From assembly GCA_964016885.1 (NCBI GenBank), contig OZ024749.1:32116001-32180000 (forward strand): a stretch of 64,000 nucleotides of DNA, given 5' to 3'. The notes beneath the pieces were generated by a model, which searched no databases, was not told the origin of the DNA, and saw only the letters and a program-made list of their open reading frames with translations. Of this stretch, positions 13,820 to 26,873 are shown in pieces. Both the position numbers and the translations under genes were made by a program. Numbering within the stretch: the first letter of the stretch is position 1; the number at the start of each line of letters is the position of its first letter. The DNA comes from Eledone cirrhosa. Lineage: Eukaryota.

Positions 13820-13924
13820 TACTACTACTACTACTAATACTACTACTACTAATACTACTACTACTGTTAATATTACTACTACTACTACTACTACCACTAC
13901 TACTATTACTACTACTACTACTAT

Positions 13925-13955
<31 letters not shown>

Positions 13956-14180
13956 GCTGCTACTACTACTACCACTACTACTACTACTACTACCACTACT
14001 ACTACTACTACTATTACTACTACTACTACTACCACTACTACTATTACTACTACTACTACTATTACTACTACTATTACTACTACTACTACTACTACTACCA
14101 CTACTACTACTACTACTACTATTACTACTACTATTACTACTACTACTACTACTACTGCTGCTACTACTACTATAACTACT
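13820..14180. repeat. (ACT)n/(ATT)n microsatellite
   Basis: Direct reading. Confidence 0.95.
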
Positions 14181-14473
14181 AACATAGGAATGTTTAACAA
14201 CAATACAACTTTCTCCGGCTTAGCCTGTTCCCCCCCTTTTGGAACTTTCCCCCGTTGATGGGCTTAAGCCCGAAATATTGGGATTAAATCTCCACTACGG
14301 TAACCCTTCTACCTTTGTTTTGTTTTCATTTTCGTTTCTCTCAATTTTCACTTTCTCCTATTTCTCCTATTTCTCACTCACTTCCTACCTCGATATTTCC
14401 CATCTGCATTGTTGTGGCTTTCTAAACTACATATTTTACACATTTCACAATGCTTCAAGCAAACTTTAACACC

Positions 14474-14514
<41 letters not shown>

Positions 14515-16221
14515 CTACAGTAAGCATTGCTGCAATTCAATTGAAGCACTCAACATCAATATATATATATAGCGAGAGAGGTGGGAAAGAGGGGGAGACG
14601 TAGCTATCGATATAGACATATTGATATAAAGATATAAATATACAAATATGAAATTATAATTTATTCCATCTCGTGCCAAATTATTTAAAGATATAAAGAT
14701 AAAAATTACTATTTTATCTATGTCTACAGAAATACATATACATACACATATACGCACAGGTTCATATATACACAAATAGATACACATTCATGCACAGGTT
14801 GATACATACACACTCAAATACATACACATACATGTACAGATTGATACATACGCAAACCAATACATACATATTCACACTGATGTACAGATTGGTACATACA
14901 TACACATATATACATATTTACACTGATGTACAGGTTGATACATACACACACAAATACATATACACATTCATACAGTGTTTTAGACATACACACTCATGCC
15001 CATATTGACATACACACAAATACATACAAATACTTTCACACTCATATTTTCACATATATATATACGTACATACATCAACACACGCAAATAAACGCATACA
15101 GTTGCACACATATATACACACATAAACAGATTCACACACACACAACTATAAAACATGTTCACATATACACACATTCACACACAGTTCCAAGTGTAACAAC
15201 ACACACACACACACACACAGATTCACGCATACAAATACACGCATAGATGTGCATACATAGACATAGACATAGCTTTACACATACATATACACTCATAGAT
15301 TTACACACATGCGTAGATACATAGCTATACACATACTTTGATACATACATATACACACAGGTTTACACTCATGCATAGATATACACAAAATGTTATATAT
15401 ATATACACACATAGCTTTACACACACGCACATACATAGATATACACATAATGTTACACATATATGTACACACATAGCTTCATACACTCGCACATACATAT
15501 ATATACACATAATGTTACACGTACATATACACGCATGCTTTCATAGACGCACATACATAGGCATACACAGAATTTTACATGCATAGACATACACATAATG
15601 TTCCACATACATATATACACATAGTTCTACACATAAATATACACATATTTACACACACTCACATACATAGTGAGACATATTTTTAGACACACACTTACAT
15701 ACAAAGAGCAACATGCTCTCATATTACGTATCAACTATAAACCCTATTAAATCAATTAACAATCATTCTATTTAATTTAATTAGTTGATCTGAATAATTA
15801 GTCTCAATTACATAAGAAAATTTTAATAGTTCGTAAGTAATTGTGAATTATTACTTGATAAAATTATGAATCTAAATTTATCTCTTAAATGAGATTTATC
15901 AATTATATATATATTTATTTTATTTCAAATATAAGTGCACTTGACTTATCATGCTTGTCAGTTGACAGGGAGGGAGATAGAGACAGATAGATTTCTATTT
16001 ATTTGCCACGAGGGCACAAAAGAAGGGGACATTTACACAGTGGGGGAGTTTACATAAATCGAGTAAAGAAAAAAGGAATAACAATAATAATATAACAATA
16101 AAAAGTCCTCAAAAGGGAGGGGGCGTGTTGGGGATTGCACATACCCCCGAAAAGTGTGCAACTCTTTTCGCGGGGGAAGCCCAGAGAGGAGGCGCTCCCC
16201 CTTTCCTCTTCACTTCTTCAC

Positions 16222-19200
16222 CTACAGAACAATGTAGAGAGAAGGCCCATTTACACGGGCCATTCTCGCTTCTTTCACCCACCTTTCATAAAACTGTCTG
16301 GGGCCAAGCACTTCTCTCTCCATCCTGATCCTTCTTCCGAAGTGGTATCGGAAGAAGTAAACCAGGTGATGGCCGGAGAGAAAGTCACCCGACCTCAGAC
16401 CTTTCAGGCGCGTCCACCACACAACCTCTTTCATCATGGCTATTACGCACAGAAAGACCGCCTCTGCTTCATTTCTGAAGGGAGGAGGCGGCTTGATGTT
16501 CACCACAGACTCGGCGGTTAATCGAATCGGCGCCACACGCGACAGCAGTCGTTCGACGTAGCCCCACAGATCGGCAACGCCCGGGCAGTGTACCAGTGCA
16601 TGCGCAACGGTTTCCTCGTCGCGCACGCATCTGGGACAGATCTTTTTCGCGGGATCCCTGCCCGGGCGCCCGTGTCTGTAGAGCTTTTCTCGAACGGGCA
16701 GAGCCCCCCGGTAACACTGCCAGGCTAGGGACCTCTGGAAGTTGTCCATGGGTCCCGGGTCGAAAGTTCTACCGAACAGGCTGGCCAGTTCGTCCTCCTC
16801 CATGCCTAGCGACTCTCCAAGGGTGTCGTCGCCCCTGCTAGCCACCAACCCTCTATAGAATGTCGAGGTGGATCTCCACTGATAGTCGGGTCCGCTTGCC
16901 AGATAGCCGTGAGCGCCTGGGCACACTCGGTGTGCCAGTTGCCCAGTTTTCTCGGTCTTTTCTTCACCCAGGATTGCAGTTCGGTGAGCGAGACGAGCTG
17001 TGGGAAGGCTCGCCTCACAAACGCGGCCCACACCGGCTGACCGTTGAGGAATACCTGTAGATGCCGTAGCCTCAATGCGTGCCTGCGCATCAACAGCCAC
17101 GGCATACCCATCCCTCCTTTCGAAGGGTGCTGGCAGCAGATGGATCTCCTCACCATGGGAGGCCGCTTCTTCCAGAGGAACTGGAAGAGCATGCGTTCCA
17201 TGATGGTGAGCTTTTCCTTGGGGCAAGGCACGACGGTCAGGCGGTAGTAGATGACGGACGCTATGTAAGCGTTCGCCACCTCCGCCCGACCTTTCAGTGA
17301 TAGTTTGCACTTGGCCCACTTCTGGGTCAGCGCAAACACCCTGCTCGTCACCTCGCCCCAATTCTTCTCCACCTGGAGGTCCGGTCCGAACCAGACCCCG
17401 AGCAGCTTCACCGGGCCCTCCGTCCACCGCCCGACGACACCGTCTAACGGCATCGGTTTGCCCCTCCACGTTCCGAGTTGCAAACCGACTGACTTGTCCT
17501 GGTTCAGCCTAGCCCCCGTCAGCCTTTCGTATTCCTCCAGTAGGGTGGCGATCGCCCCGATTTCCGAGGCGTCCGCCACCATTACTGTTACGTCGTCGGC
17601 ATAGGCCGAGACCGCTTTGTGCAATCCCAGTTCCAGGGGTATGCCCCGCAGCAACTCCAACTTCCGCAGCAGTGGCTCGAGAGTCAATACGTACAGAAGG
17701 GAGGAGAGGGGGCACCCCTGTCTGATGGACCGGGTGATTTGAAACGGCTCCGAGAGGTAGCCATTTACTTTAATCCTAGAGTAGATGTTGCCACTGTGCA
17801 TGGCAGAAATCCAGCCCCTGAAAACGGGTCCGAAGCCCGCCGCCGCTAGCACCGCATCCAGGTAACCATGGTCGACCCTATCGAACGCCTTAGATTGATC
17901 CAAGTTGATCAGGGCCCCACCAAAGCCGGGTTCGTTGCCAACCCTCTCTATGATGTATCGCATGAGGTGGAGGTTGTCGTGAATGGACCTGGACGGGATA
18001 GCGCATGTCTGCGCGTCTCCCACCAAACCACCCACCACAAGCGCCAACCTCTTCGCCAACACCTTGGCCAAAATCTGTAACTCTGCATTCAGCAGAGTTA
18101 TGGGCCTAAAGTTACTTAAGTCGTCCCCCTTGCTCTCGTCCTTCCTCACTAGCGTGACCACGCCCTTGGTCACAGAACAGGGAATTCTCCCGTTCTGTTG
18201 CCAGTTGCAATAGACAGCCTCGAGGAGTTCGGAGAACAAGACCGGCATAGCTAAATAAAGTTCGTATGGTAGACCATCGAGACCCGGGGATTTGCGTCTG
18301 CTGCATTGGCTGAGCGCTTCCCCGATTTCAGTGGCTGTGATTGGCCTTTCTCAGCACTCCGCTTCGCCGCTCGAAAGACGCGGTAGACCGTCGAGGTATG
18401 GACCGAAGTCCATATCCCCGTCCGGCCCTCCGCCCCCTCCGAACAGTCGAGCAAAGTGCCTTTGAAAGGCCTCGCACATCCGCTCAGGTTCAAGGATCAC
18501 CCGTCCATCCTGGTCTCGCAAAGACCGAATGGTGGATTTAATCCCACTCTTGGCTTCTGTCACGCGGGCCCAGCTAACAGCTTTGGTCCCCTCGTTTCTT
18601 AAAGCACGTATTTTACTTCGGACAACGCAGCCTTCGTGCTTCGCGTCAAAGAACTGGCTCAACGCCGTTCTCGCAGCTAACACTCTGGCTACGTCTCCGC
18701 TCCTAATCGCCTCTTCTAGTTTATCTGTTAACTCCCTTTCCTTCCTATTTCTATTCGCCGCTAGTTCCTTACTGTAACCTATCGAACTTACTCTAATCTC
18801 TCTCTTTAGAGATACCCACCACCTACTGTTGACGATCGCTCCCGTCAACCGCATCTTAACTAAGCTACTAATCCGGTTCCTGTAATCTTTCTTTGCCGGC
18901 AAGGACAAGTTCATCTTCCAGTAACCGGGACCCTGTCTATGCGTTCTATCAAGGTTGACCACGCAGGTCACTAATTTGTGATCTGAATAGCCAACCATGA
19001 TCAATTCTGGACAACTAAATACGTCCCTATCCTTACTCCTAACCAAAAACCTATCTAGGTACGATCTAGATTGTCCACTGCGGTTTGCCCAGGTCCAGGT
19101 TGGCGCAGTTGGATAATCTAGTCGAAATCTATCGACCAGGTCGAATCGATCGAGTAACCCTTGAGGCTGCTACACCCCCCTCTATCGGGACATGCCCCTG

Positions 19201-19668
19201 CATAGTCCCAACGCGCATCTAGGATTCCATTCCAGTCCCCCACTAAAAGCAGGGAACGCGACGTTCCTAGAAAAGTCTCCAGACGCTGGAAGAAGTCGGC
19301 TCTTTCAGCCCCGAAGGGGGCATAAAGACCGACCAGTCTGAAAGCCCCGCCTTCACCGCCTCCGACGTCCAGCACCAGTAATCGACACCCCGGGTTCGAG
19401 TGAACAATCTGTACGTCGAGAGCCAGACGTTTATCCAGCAGTACGGCAACTCCACCCCCCCCCCCCCCCCGCCTCCGGGTTGACAGAGAGATGCGTGCAT
19501 CTCAAAGTCATCGAAGGCGGGCGCCAGCTGTCTCACGCTGCTGATCCGACTCTCGCAAACAACCATCACATCTATACTTTGTGACCTGAGGTCATTTAGA
19601 AGCTTTGCTTGCTTCCAAGCTGAGCCCAGGCCACGCGCGTTCAAACAGCCAACTCTCAATTGATCTAT
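16222..19668 (-). pseudogene. Tx1-like ORF2 (APE-RT-zf), about 3 frameshifts and one in-frame TGA at 18351
   Basis: GCLNARGL, VGDWNG, SDHKLV, SPGLDG, FRPITLLN, DQSKAFDRVDH, RQGCPLS, AYADDV, CPRC..HALVHC. Confidence 0.92.
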
Positions 19669-21506
19669 TTTGGTGTTGAAAGTGAAGAAAGAAAAGCACC
19701 TACCTCTCCGGGTTGTGTAATTTCCATGGCATCAGGTGTGTTGGGTGGAGGGATGTTTTGTGGTGGTGTGGGGGTACCCGTGTGTGGTGGGGTTGGGGTA
19801 TTTGGAGTTGTGTCAGGGAGAGGGGCGGTTATGGGGAAATCTTTCAAGAGGACGCGATTTAACGGTTTTAAACAGGGGGGGGGGGGCTCACGTCCCGTCT
19901 AAATTGTTCTTTGAAGGAACGATAAAGGTCCAGAGGGACCTTTATCATTTTTAAATGGGTGAAGTTCTCTGTTGAGATAAAGTTTGGCCCTTCGGTCTGC
20001 ACCATAGGGTTATTGTTTATTAATTTAACCAGTTTTTTGTTTTCTTTATTTATATATGTGTATTGCAACGTCTTTTTTTGTGATGCTGTCAATGTTTCGG
20101 AGAGGGGAGGCGCAGATTTATTTTTGTTTGTTGAGGGTGGGGTGTTTTTGATTGGAGTTGGTGTTTGTGTGTGGGTTATTTGTGGTGTGCTGGGTGTGTG
20201 TTTTCTTTTTTTTCTTTTAACTTGTCTGAAGGCTTCTCCTCCTTCTTCTTCAGAAGTTGGGGGAAACTCTTCAGCGCTAGGTGGGAGGGACGTGTTGTGT
20301 GGTTGTTTTTTTTTGCGGAGGGGTAGATTTGTTACTGTTTTTTTTATTATTTGTTTGGAATGGGTTTTGTGGTGGTGGTGGTGGTGGTAATGTTTGTGTC
20401 GTGCTTGTGGTTGGTGATGGTGGTGGTGATGTTTGTGTTGTGGTTGGTGGTGGTGATTTTTGTGTCGTGCTTGTGTTTGGTGCTGGTGGTGGTGATGTTT
20501 GTGTTGTGTTTGTGGTTGGTGGTGTCTGTATTTTGTTTGCTGTGTGTGGTATTAGGGTATTTTTGGAGGTGGGTGGTGTTGGTGTACTGTTTGTGGTGGG
20601 TGTGGGCAATAGTCCTTTTTGGGGGATACGTTTCGGGCAGTTAGCCTTAACGTGTCCCCTTTCCATGCATAAATAGCATGCTGGTCTTCTCCCCTCTACA
20701 ATTATATCTATTGGGGTAAGGTCATCCAGCCAGATGCGATCCGGGATTTGTGCTATTCTTTCGGGCCTCATTTGGACTAGTATATCGAGGCCCATTCCCA
20801 GGAACGCATCTCCAGTTGCCTTCCCCATTGACAGCATTGTGTCTTCGCCCATGTCTATGAAGCCAGCAATAGCCCACCAGAAGTCCATTGTGGGCAGCAT
20901 TGTTTTTACTTTTACTCTCTGTGTTCTTCTACCCATGTAGGAGGGATAGAAGCTGTATGTTGTCGATGAGAGTGGGCTTAGGGAAAGCTTCTCCGCCGTT
21001 TCCTTGTCTTTTGTTAAGACCGAAATGCTGCCATAGAGTCGGTCCTTTCGTATGAAGAGAATATTCTTCATATAGTCTTTTAGGACCAACTCTATTTCCA
21101 TTTGGCTGGGCTGTGCTGGCTTTCTTGTTTGGTTCAGTATAGTTCTGAAGAGAACTGTGCTCTCTGTTCTGGCTTTCTTGAATTCTGGGGGGGAGTTAAT
21201 GGAAAACATTCCGTTCTCCCCCAAGACTATTTGTTTTTTCGCTTCGGCCAGTTTTTCTCTGGCGGCAGTTAAGTCAATTGGTGTGTATGTTATGGATTGT
21301 TTTGTTTTCTGGGCGAAAGTTGCCCTGTTGTTATTTGTATTATTTTCTGTTTGTTTGTTTTCCGTTTGCTCATTTTCCTTAACATTTGTTTTTTCATTTT
21401 CCTTGTTTGTTTCGTTGTCTAATTTTGTTGTAATTATTTTTTGTTCTTCAGACTTGGGGGACGTGGCAGGGCTAATGGCAGACATGTCTGCCATCTTTTC
21501 CGCCAT
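19665..21506 (-). pseudogene. Tx1-like ORF1 (nucleic-acid-binding, zinc knuckle, Pro/Thr-rich tail), interrupted
   Basis: ORF 20277-21533 contains CYLCMERGHVKANC; it appears to continue in 19868-20092 and 19665-19847. Confidence 0.8.
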
Positions 21507-21720
21507 GCTGCCAAGAAAGAAATTTTTCGGCAAAAAAATAGATATTTATTTTACCCCCTAAAAAGGGGGTAAATGCAAAAATGTTTCCCTAAATAACAGG
21601 GGTTAGTGTTCCAAATGTGTTGCACTGAAAAATTTATCCGGTACTTACTATAGTAAGGGTAAATCCCGATGGAATAGCGGAGCCGATGTGAAGCGTGTCT
21701 TACTCTATCAAGATAGATAA

Positions 21721-22240
21721 CTTTCTTTTTATTTGCCACCAGGGCATCAAAAGTGGGACAAGTACAATGGGGGGAGTTTACATAACAAGGCGTCCTCAAT
21801 ATGGAGGAGGCAATAACAAAGTATAAAAATAAAATACAATATAACAAAATAAATTTTATAACAAAATCCTCCATAGGGAGGAGGCGCCTTGGGGGGTCGC
21901 ACATACCCCCGAAAAAAAGTGTGCAACCCTTCTCCTCAGGAGTACGGAGAGGGGGTGGTCCCTTGATCTTTCCTCTTCCTCACCTATAGTCTGATGTAGA
22001 GTGAAGGCCCATTCACACGGGCCATTCTCGCCACTTTCACCCATCTTTCATAAAAACGGCTGGGGTGCAGCACCTCTCTCTCCATCCTGATCCTTCTTCT
22101 GAAATGATATCGGAAGAAACGGACCAGTTGTTGGCCAGAGAGAAAGGTGTCTGACCTCAGTCCTTTCAGACGCGTCCACCATACAACCTCTTTCGCCATG
22201 GCTATTACGCACAGAAACACTGCCTCTCCTTCGTTTTTGA
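21721..22240 (-). mobile_element. 5'-truncated Tx1-like copy 2 (ORF2 C-terminus plus 3' UTR)
   Basis: EAVFLCVIAMAKEVVWWTRLKGLRS..ARVNGPSLYIRL is homologous to the end of ORF 16222-17469. Confidence 0.92.
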
Positions 22241-22254
22241 AGATAGATAGATAT

Positions 22255-22473
22255 GTTTCTTTTATTTGCCACCAGGGCATCAAAAGTGGGACAAGTACAA
22301 TGGGGGGAGTTTACAAAACAAGGCGTCCTCAATAGGGAGGAGGCAATAACAATATATAAAAATAAAATAAAATATAACAAAAAATAAAATTTATAACAAA
22401 GTCCTCAATAGAGAGGAGGCGCCTTGGGGGGGGGGGGGGTCGCACACACCCCCGAAAAAAGTGTGCAACCCTT
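22255..22473 (-). mobile_element. 5'-truncated Tx1-like copy 3 (3' UTR only)
   Basis: Similar to 21721-21932; adjacent to the (GATA)n tract at 22487-22532. Confidence 0.88.
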
Positions 22474-22485
22474 TCTATCTATCTG

Positions 22486-22532
<47 letters not shown>

Positions 22533-22764
22533 GTGTATATATTATATATATTTATATTTATATATATATAGTTATACTTAGGGAGGGTCATATTGTTGTA
22601 ATAATATTGCCAGAATTAATAACAGAACACACTCACTGTTTGGTTGGTTTTCGCTTCTGTATCTTTTATATCAGTTAATTTATTCGGTCCTCAATTTTTA
22701 CCATTGACTAACCAACGGTCAAAAATACAGATATAATAGAGACACAAACACATATATATAGTCT

Positions 22765-22806
22765 AACAAAGTTCTTTCGTTGCACATCTGCAACATCGTC
22801 AGTGGT
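22765..22806 (-). ncRNA. Minimal hammerhead (related copy about 61605-61645 +)
   Basis: CA-CUGACGA-U-GUUGCA(GAUG)UGCAAC-GAAAG-AA-CUU-UG; weak stem I. Confidence 0.65.
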
Positions 22807-22900
22807 GCTATTATGTTTCCTCCTGTTGTATTGTATGTCTACGCCATCTTTATTTAATCTGTTTATTTATTTATTTATTTATGTTAATTTTGCCTAGGGT

Positions 22901-22965
<65 letters not shown>

Positions 22966-23002
22966 AAATATATATATATGTGTATGTATGTATATGTATA
23001 TA

Positions 23003-23135
<133 letters not shown>

Positions 23136-23350
23136 ATGTATATATATATACATATCTGTATATATAGATATATATACATATATATATATATATATATTTC
23201 GTTTCTGAATTTGTTTAGCAAGATTCTTTATCTGAAATCGTGTGTTGAAACCGATATTGTTATACTTTGGGAGGGTCATGTTGCCAATAAGAAACACACG
23301 CACCAGTGGTGCGTGTGTTTCTTATTGGCAACATGACCCTCCCAAAGTAT

Positions 23351-23383
<33 letters not shown>

Positions 23384-23441
23384 GACATTTTTTCCAATTC
23401 CAAGCCGCCCGTCCCCTCAATCTATCTTATTTTTCATTCTT

Positions 23442-23477
23442 TCTTCTGATGAAGGACTAGCGCCTGAAACGTTAAGA
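23442..23477 (+). ncRNA. Minimal type I hammerhead (truncated copy 29805-29836)
   Basis: UCUU-CUGAUGA-AGG(ACUAGCG)CCU-GAAAC-GUU-AAGA. Confidence 0.8.
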
Positions 23478-23574
23478 CCCTCTTCCTGCTATAACAAGCA
23501 TTAACCTAATATATATCTTCCATAAACTGTACCGATTATGTTGTTATTTCTGTTTACCTATTACATCTATCTAT

Positions 23575-23757
23575 CTAAGGCGGGTAAAATTCCCGAGATC
23601 CATGGACGAGTTCTCTCCAGCGGTCTCTGTCCCTCATTATCGCTGCCATATCCTGCATCTCCAACAGACCAGTGTCTGTCCTTAGGGCATCAACATATGT
23701 TAACCTTGGTCTTCCTCTTCTAGTGTGTCCATGTAGGGGCTCCCAAAGGAGCACTGA
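23575..23757 (-). mobile_element. RTE-type LINE 3' end (also 32074-32220 +, 50077-50293 -)
   Basis: [24 protein letters not shown] motif. Confidence 0.85.
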
Positions 23758-23761
23758 TTAC

Positions 23762-23797
<36 letters not shown>

Positions 23798-25010
23798 ACA
23801 GACATATATATCATTCAGAAATGACAAATACAGAGCAGAGATAAAGAAAAACAATTAGTTTTATTATTTTCACATTTTGGATGATGTAACTGTGGGTTGA
23901 CACGACGTAGATGTTTCTAAGTTTTGTCACAATTTGTCGTTGTGTGTGAGTTTGTGATTAATTCTGAAAATGATTCAGTCACTGGCCGAAACGTAGACGG
24001 AGGAAGAAGAGTTTAATATAAGACAAGAAGAAAAATACTAATAAACAACAACACCACCAACACCAATCTGTGTTTTGGCAAATTCAAATAAATTAATGAG
24101 AAATAAATTTCATATATATATATATATATCTAACGAAGGGAATTTGGTAAGGAGCCAGGTGGACCATACCGCACCAAAGTACACAATTTGCCGTCCAAAT
24201 TAGTCCTGAATTAGTCCGGAATTAGCCGTCGAAACGGCTTGAGCTCAGCCGTCGGGGTCCTACTCATTCCTATATATATATATATTTATATATATATATA
24301 TATTATAGATCAAGGATGATGTAGGGAGTCCCAAACAAATAGGAAGCCAAAATCATTAACTGTTTCTACTTTTGGCACAAGGCCAGCAATTACCCAATGC
24401 ATTACTGGTACTTTATTCTATCGACCCAAAATCATTAATGTGGCCCAATCATAGTATATGAAGGTTGACCTGGCAGAAAGGTTACAGTTTCCCCAGCTTG
24501 GCTATGTGGTCTGAAAGGGCGTAAAGATAATATTGACTGAATTCACAATCTGGTAGAAAGAAGTATGCAGAGACAGCTTTGAGTGAAACAATACCAAGTA
24601 ACAATACCTTATGCAAGAATGTGTAGAGAAAGGATTGTAGGGACGTAGCTATTTCCAATTTAGGTGGACTGCAGCAGATTCTTGGCTTTGACGGTGTGAG
24701 GATAACTCATTGTCATTGGAATGTCAAGAAGAGACCAAGTAGGGTGGAGCAGGCAGCAGCAGTGACCTCCCCTCTTGTAAGTTATGGAGCAGGATTGTGA
24801 ATATAAGCTGGAAACCAAGAGAAATACAGTCTGTATTTTAGCCAACGTTGTTGACCCCCACCAACGAGAGGGTGTCAGCGGTCAGGTTCGTAACACCCAG
24901 TAAACTTTGGACAATCTCTGATGACATCAACTCTCACTGTACATTGCTATGTTCACCGAAAGTGAATGAATGTGTAACATTTTCTTTAAGATGTAATTAT
25001 ATATATATAT

Positions 25011-25199
25011 AATTATTTCTACTTTGGGCACAAGGCCAGCAATTACCCAGTACATTACTGGTACTTTATTTTATCGACCCCCGTAAGGATGAAAGGCAAA
25101 GTTAACCTCCGCGGGATTTTAACTCAGACCGTAAAGGGACGTAAGTATGCTGGAAAGCATGGCGTCCGACTCTCTACTGATACTGCCAATCCACCACCC
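25011..25199 (-). mobile_element. Octopus-type tRNA-derived SINE (others: 24358-24427, 39260-39358, 51647-51828 +, 54497-54675 +, 56967-57151)
   Basis: TGGCAGTATCGG A-box-like and GAGTTCAAATCC B-box-like motifs; CTTTGCCTTTCATCCTTACGGGGTCGATAAAATAAAGTACCAG body. Confidence 0.88.
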
Positions 25200-25566
25200 T
25201 TTGTATATGTATATATATAATGAGGAATATTATACATATTTCCATGACGAAAGATATCGTGATTTCTTCAGACAGCAAAAATTGATTAAAAGGTAACATT
25301 TCCGAGGCAATTTTGGGTGGAAGGGAGTGGACTAAAAAAGTGTATGTTTTTGCTTTGAGTGTTCGCTCCCTTTCCAACCTATATATATAATATATAATAG
25401 TGGAACACTGGTGGATTATATCCGTAGTAGTGGAGCACTCAGTCCATGGGACGAATTTCGTAGAACTATATATTATATAGAAGTAGTTCCACAAGAGCTA
25501 GTTCACCATACCGAGAACAAATGTTTCACCTTATTCGGATCCTCAGCTCGGTCTAAAAACGATAGA

Positions 25567-25611
25567 TATCGAGCTGAGGATCTGAATAAGGTGAAACATT
25601 TGTTCTCGGTA
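25567..25611 (+). ncRNA. Type I hammerhead in a fold-back (mirror 25509-25551 -; IR about 25467-25655)
   Basis: UAUCGAG-CUGAGGA-UCU(GAAUA)AGGU-GAAAC-AUUU-GUU-CUCGGUA. Confidence 0.85.
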
Positions 25612-26007
25612 TGGTGAACTAACTGTTGTGGAACTACTTCTATATAATATATAATATATATATATATATAACAAAGGAATTGTGGTAAGGAACCAGATGG
25701 ACCATAACGCACCAAAGTACTCAATACTTAGGGTAGTAGAGTGGGAATTAGGAAAATGTATGACCCCGACGGCTGAGCTCAAGCCGTTTCGACGGCTATT
25801 TCAGTCCAGAAATAGCCGTCGAAACGGCTTGAGCTCTGCCGTCGGGGTCATACATTTTCCTATATATATAGGTACGTTATTCCGGGCTGAATCGGAGGTA
25901 ACCACAGTAAGTAAGGTACTCAATACATAGCAGAGTATAAAAGTTTTAATATAGATGAGATTCTACAGGACTAGAACTGTTTCATTCTTTAGAAATCATC
26001 AGGAATC

Positions 26008-26064
26008 ATGAGATTCCTGATGATTTCTAAAGAATGAAACAGTTCTAGTCCTGTAGAATCTCAT
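26008..26064 (+). ncRNA. Type I hammerhead in a fold-back (mirror 25959-26007 -; IR about 25947-26071; copies 49814-49992, 57683-57785)
   Basis: AUGAGAUUC-CUGAUGA-UUUCU(AA)AGAAU-GAAACAG(UUCUAGUC)CUGUA-GAAUCUCAU: 9-bp stem I and 4-bp stem III. Confidence 0.85.
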
Positions 26065-26475
26065 CTATATTTTATATATATATATATAAGTAAAAATTAG
26101 CGAGAATCGAATTTCAGCTCATGAAATAATGAGAAAACACTTTCGAGTTGTGAGGCAACCGCTCAATAATTCAAATGAATTAGAGCTTACAACTTACGTT
26201 AAAGGCCAAACACACTGAGATGGTGGTTAAACTAATCATCCACACAGCGAAGATTCGATCTCCTATTTCGGGTGAAACAGATATACAGATATAAAAATAT
26301 ATGAAAGTATAAATGTTTGATACTCACCCGTTATATTGGAGATTCCCAATATATATCCTGGTAAAGATTATAGATGCTCAATAAATATATGTGTATGTAT
26401 GTGTATGTGCGTGTGTGTTTTTGTGTATATATGTATGAATTAATACATGTATGAATGTATGTATGTATATATGAT

Positions 26476-26873
26476 GACCCCTTAGCCTTTGTCAAGGCAG
26501 AATTCTAGGAGAAGGAAAACTCTGATATAACACCTGCAACCCTAATGGTATCCAACGATGTTGACTTGTTCTTTTTGGTAAATATCATCTTGGTTAAGAG
26601 AGTGGGACTGGCTTTGTGCAGTGCCTTTGCTCACTATAAAAGCTCACGGCACAGGCATTGCTTTATATCTGGAGATCTCTCTGCACTTGTCGTCACATGG
26701 TACCATGGGCCCAGCACTATGTGTCAATAATTGTCACAAGTGTAGTCTTTGTACCAGAGTTTTCAAGTCGCTGGCTGGACTAAAAAGTCACACTCGTTCA
26801 GCGCATTGGTAGGGATTCTCCTACATGGATGTAAAGTAGTGGCCGTACTCGAAAACGAGTTGGCAGCCACCAT
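26476..26873 (+). mobile_element. RTE-derived short element (5'UTR-like part joined to a C2H2-encoding 3' end); relatives 27125-27473 and 29165-29280
   Basis: CTAGGAGAAGGAAAACTCTG motif; CSLCTRVFKSLAGLKSHTRSAH; shared tail TACTCGA..ACGAG..GGCAGCCA.CAT. Confidence 0.6.

Larger units (their letters stand above)
15992..21709 (-). mobile_element. Near-full-length Tx1-like (L1 clade) non-LTR retrotransposon
   Basis: ORF1 with a CCHC knuckle; ORF2 with APE endonuclease, RT (YADD) and a C-terminal CxxC..HxxxxC; 3' AATAAA followed by (TCTA)-like sequence. Confidence 0.93.

Noticed and set aside
18351-18353. In-frame TGA in ORF2 as possible readthrough or selenocysteine
   Set aside because: The element also carries several frameshifts; an ordinary nonsense mutation is simpler.
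19640-19735. Tx1 ORF2 lacking an ATG, suggesting frameshifting or non-AUG initiation
   Set aside because: A single G>A change (ATG GAT CAA TTG to ATA GAT CAA TTG) in a decayed copy explains it.
24430-24960. Higher-complexity stretch as a possible exon
   Set aside because: No sustained ORF or recognisable motif in any frame.
26725-26812. C2H2 zinc finger as a host ZNF exon
   Set aside because: It is a single finger followed by a repeated RTE-type tail that is also present at 29165-29280.
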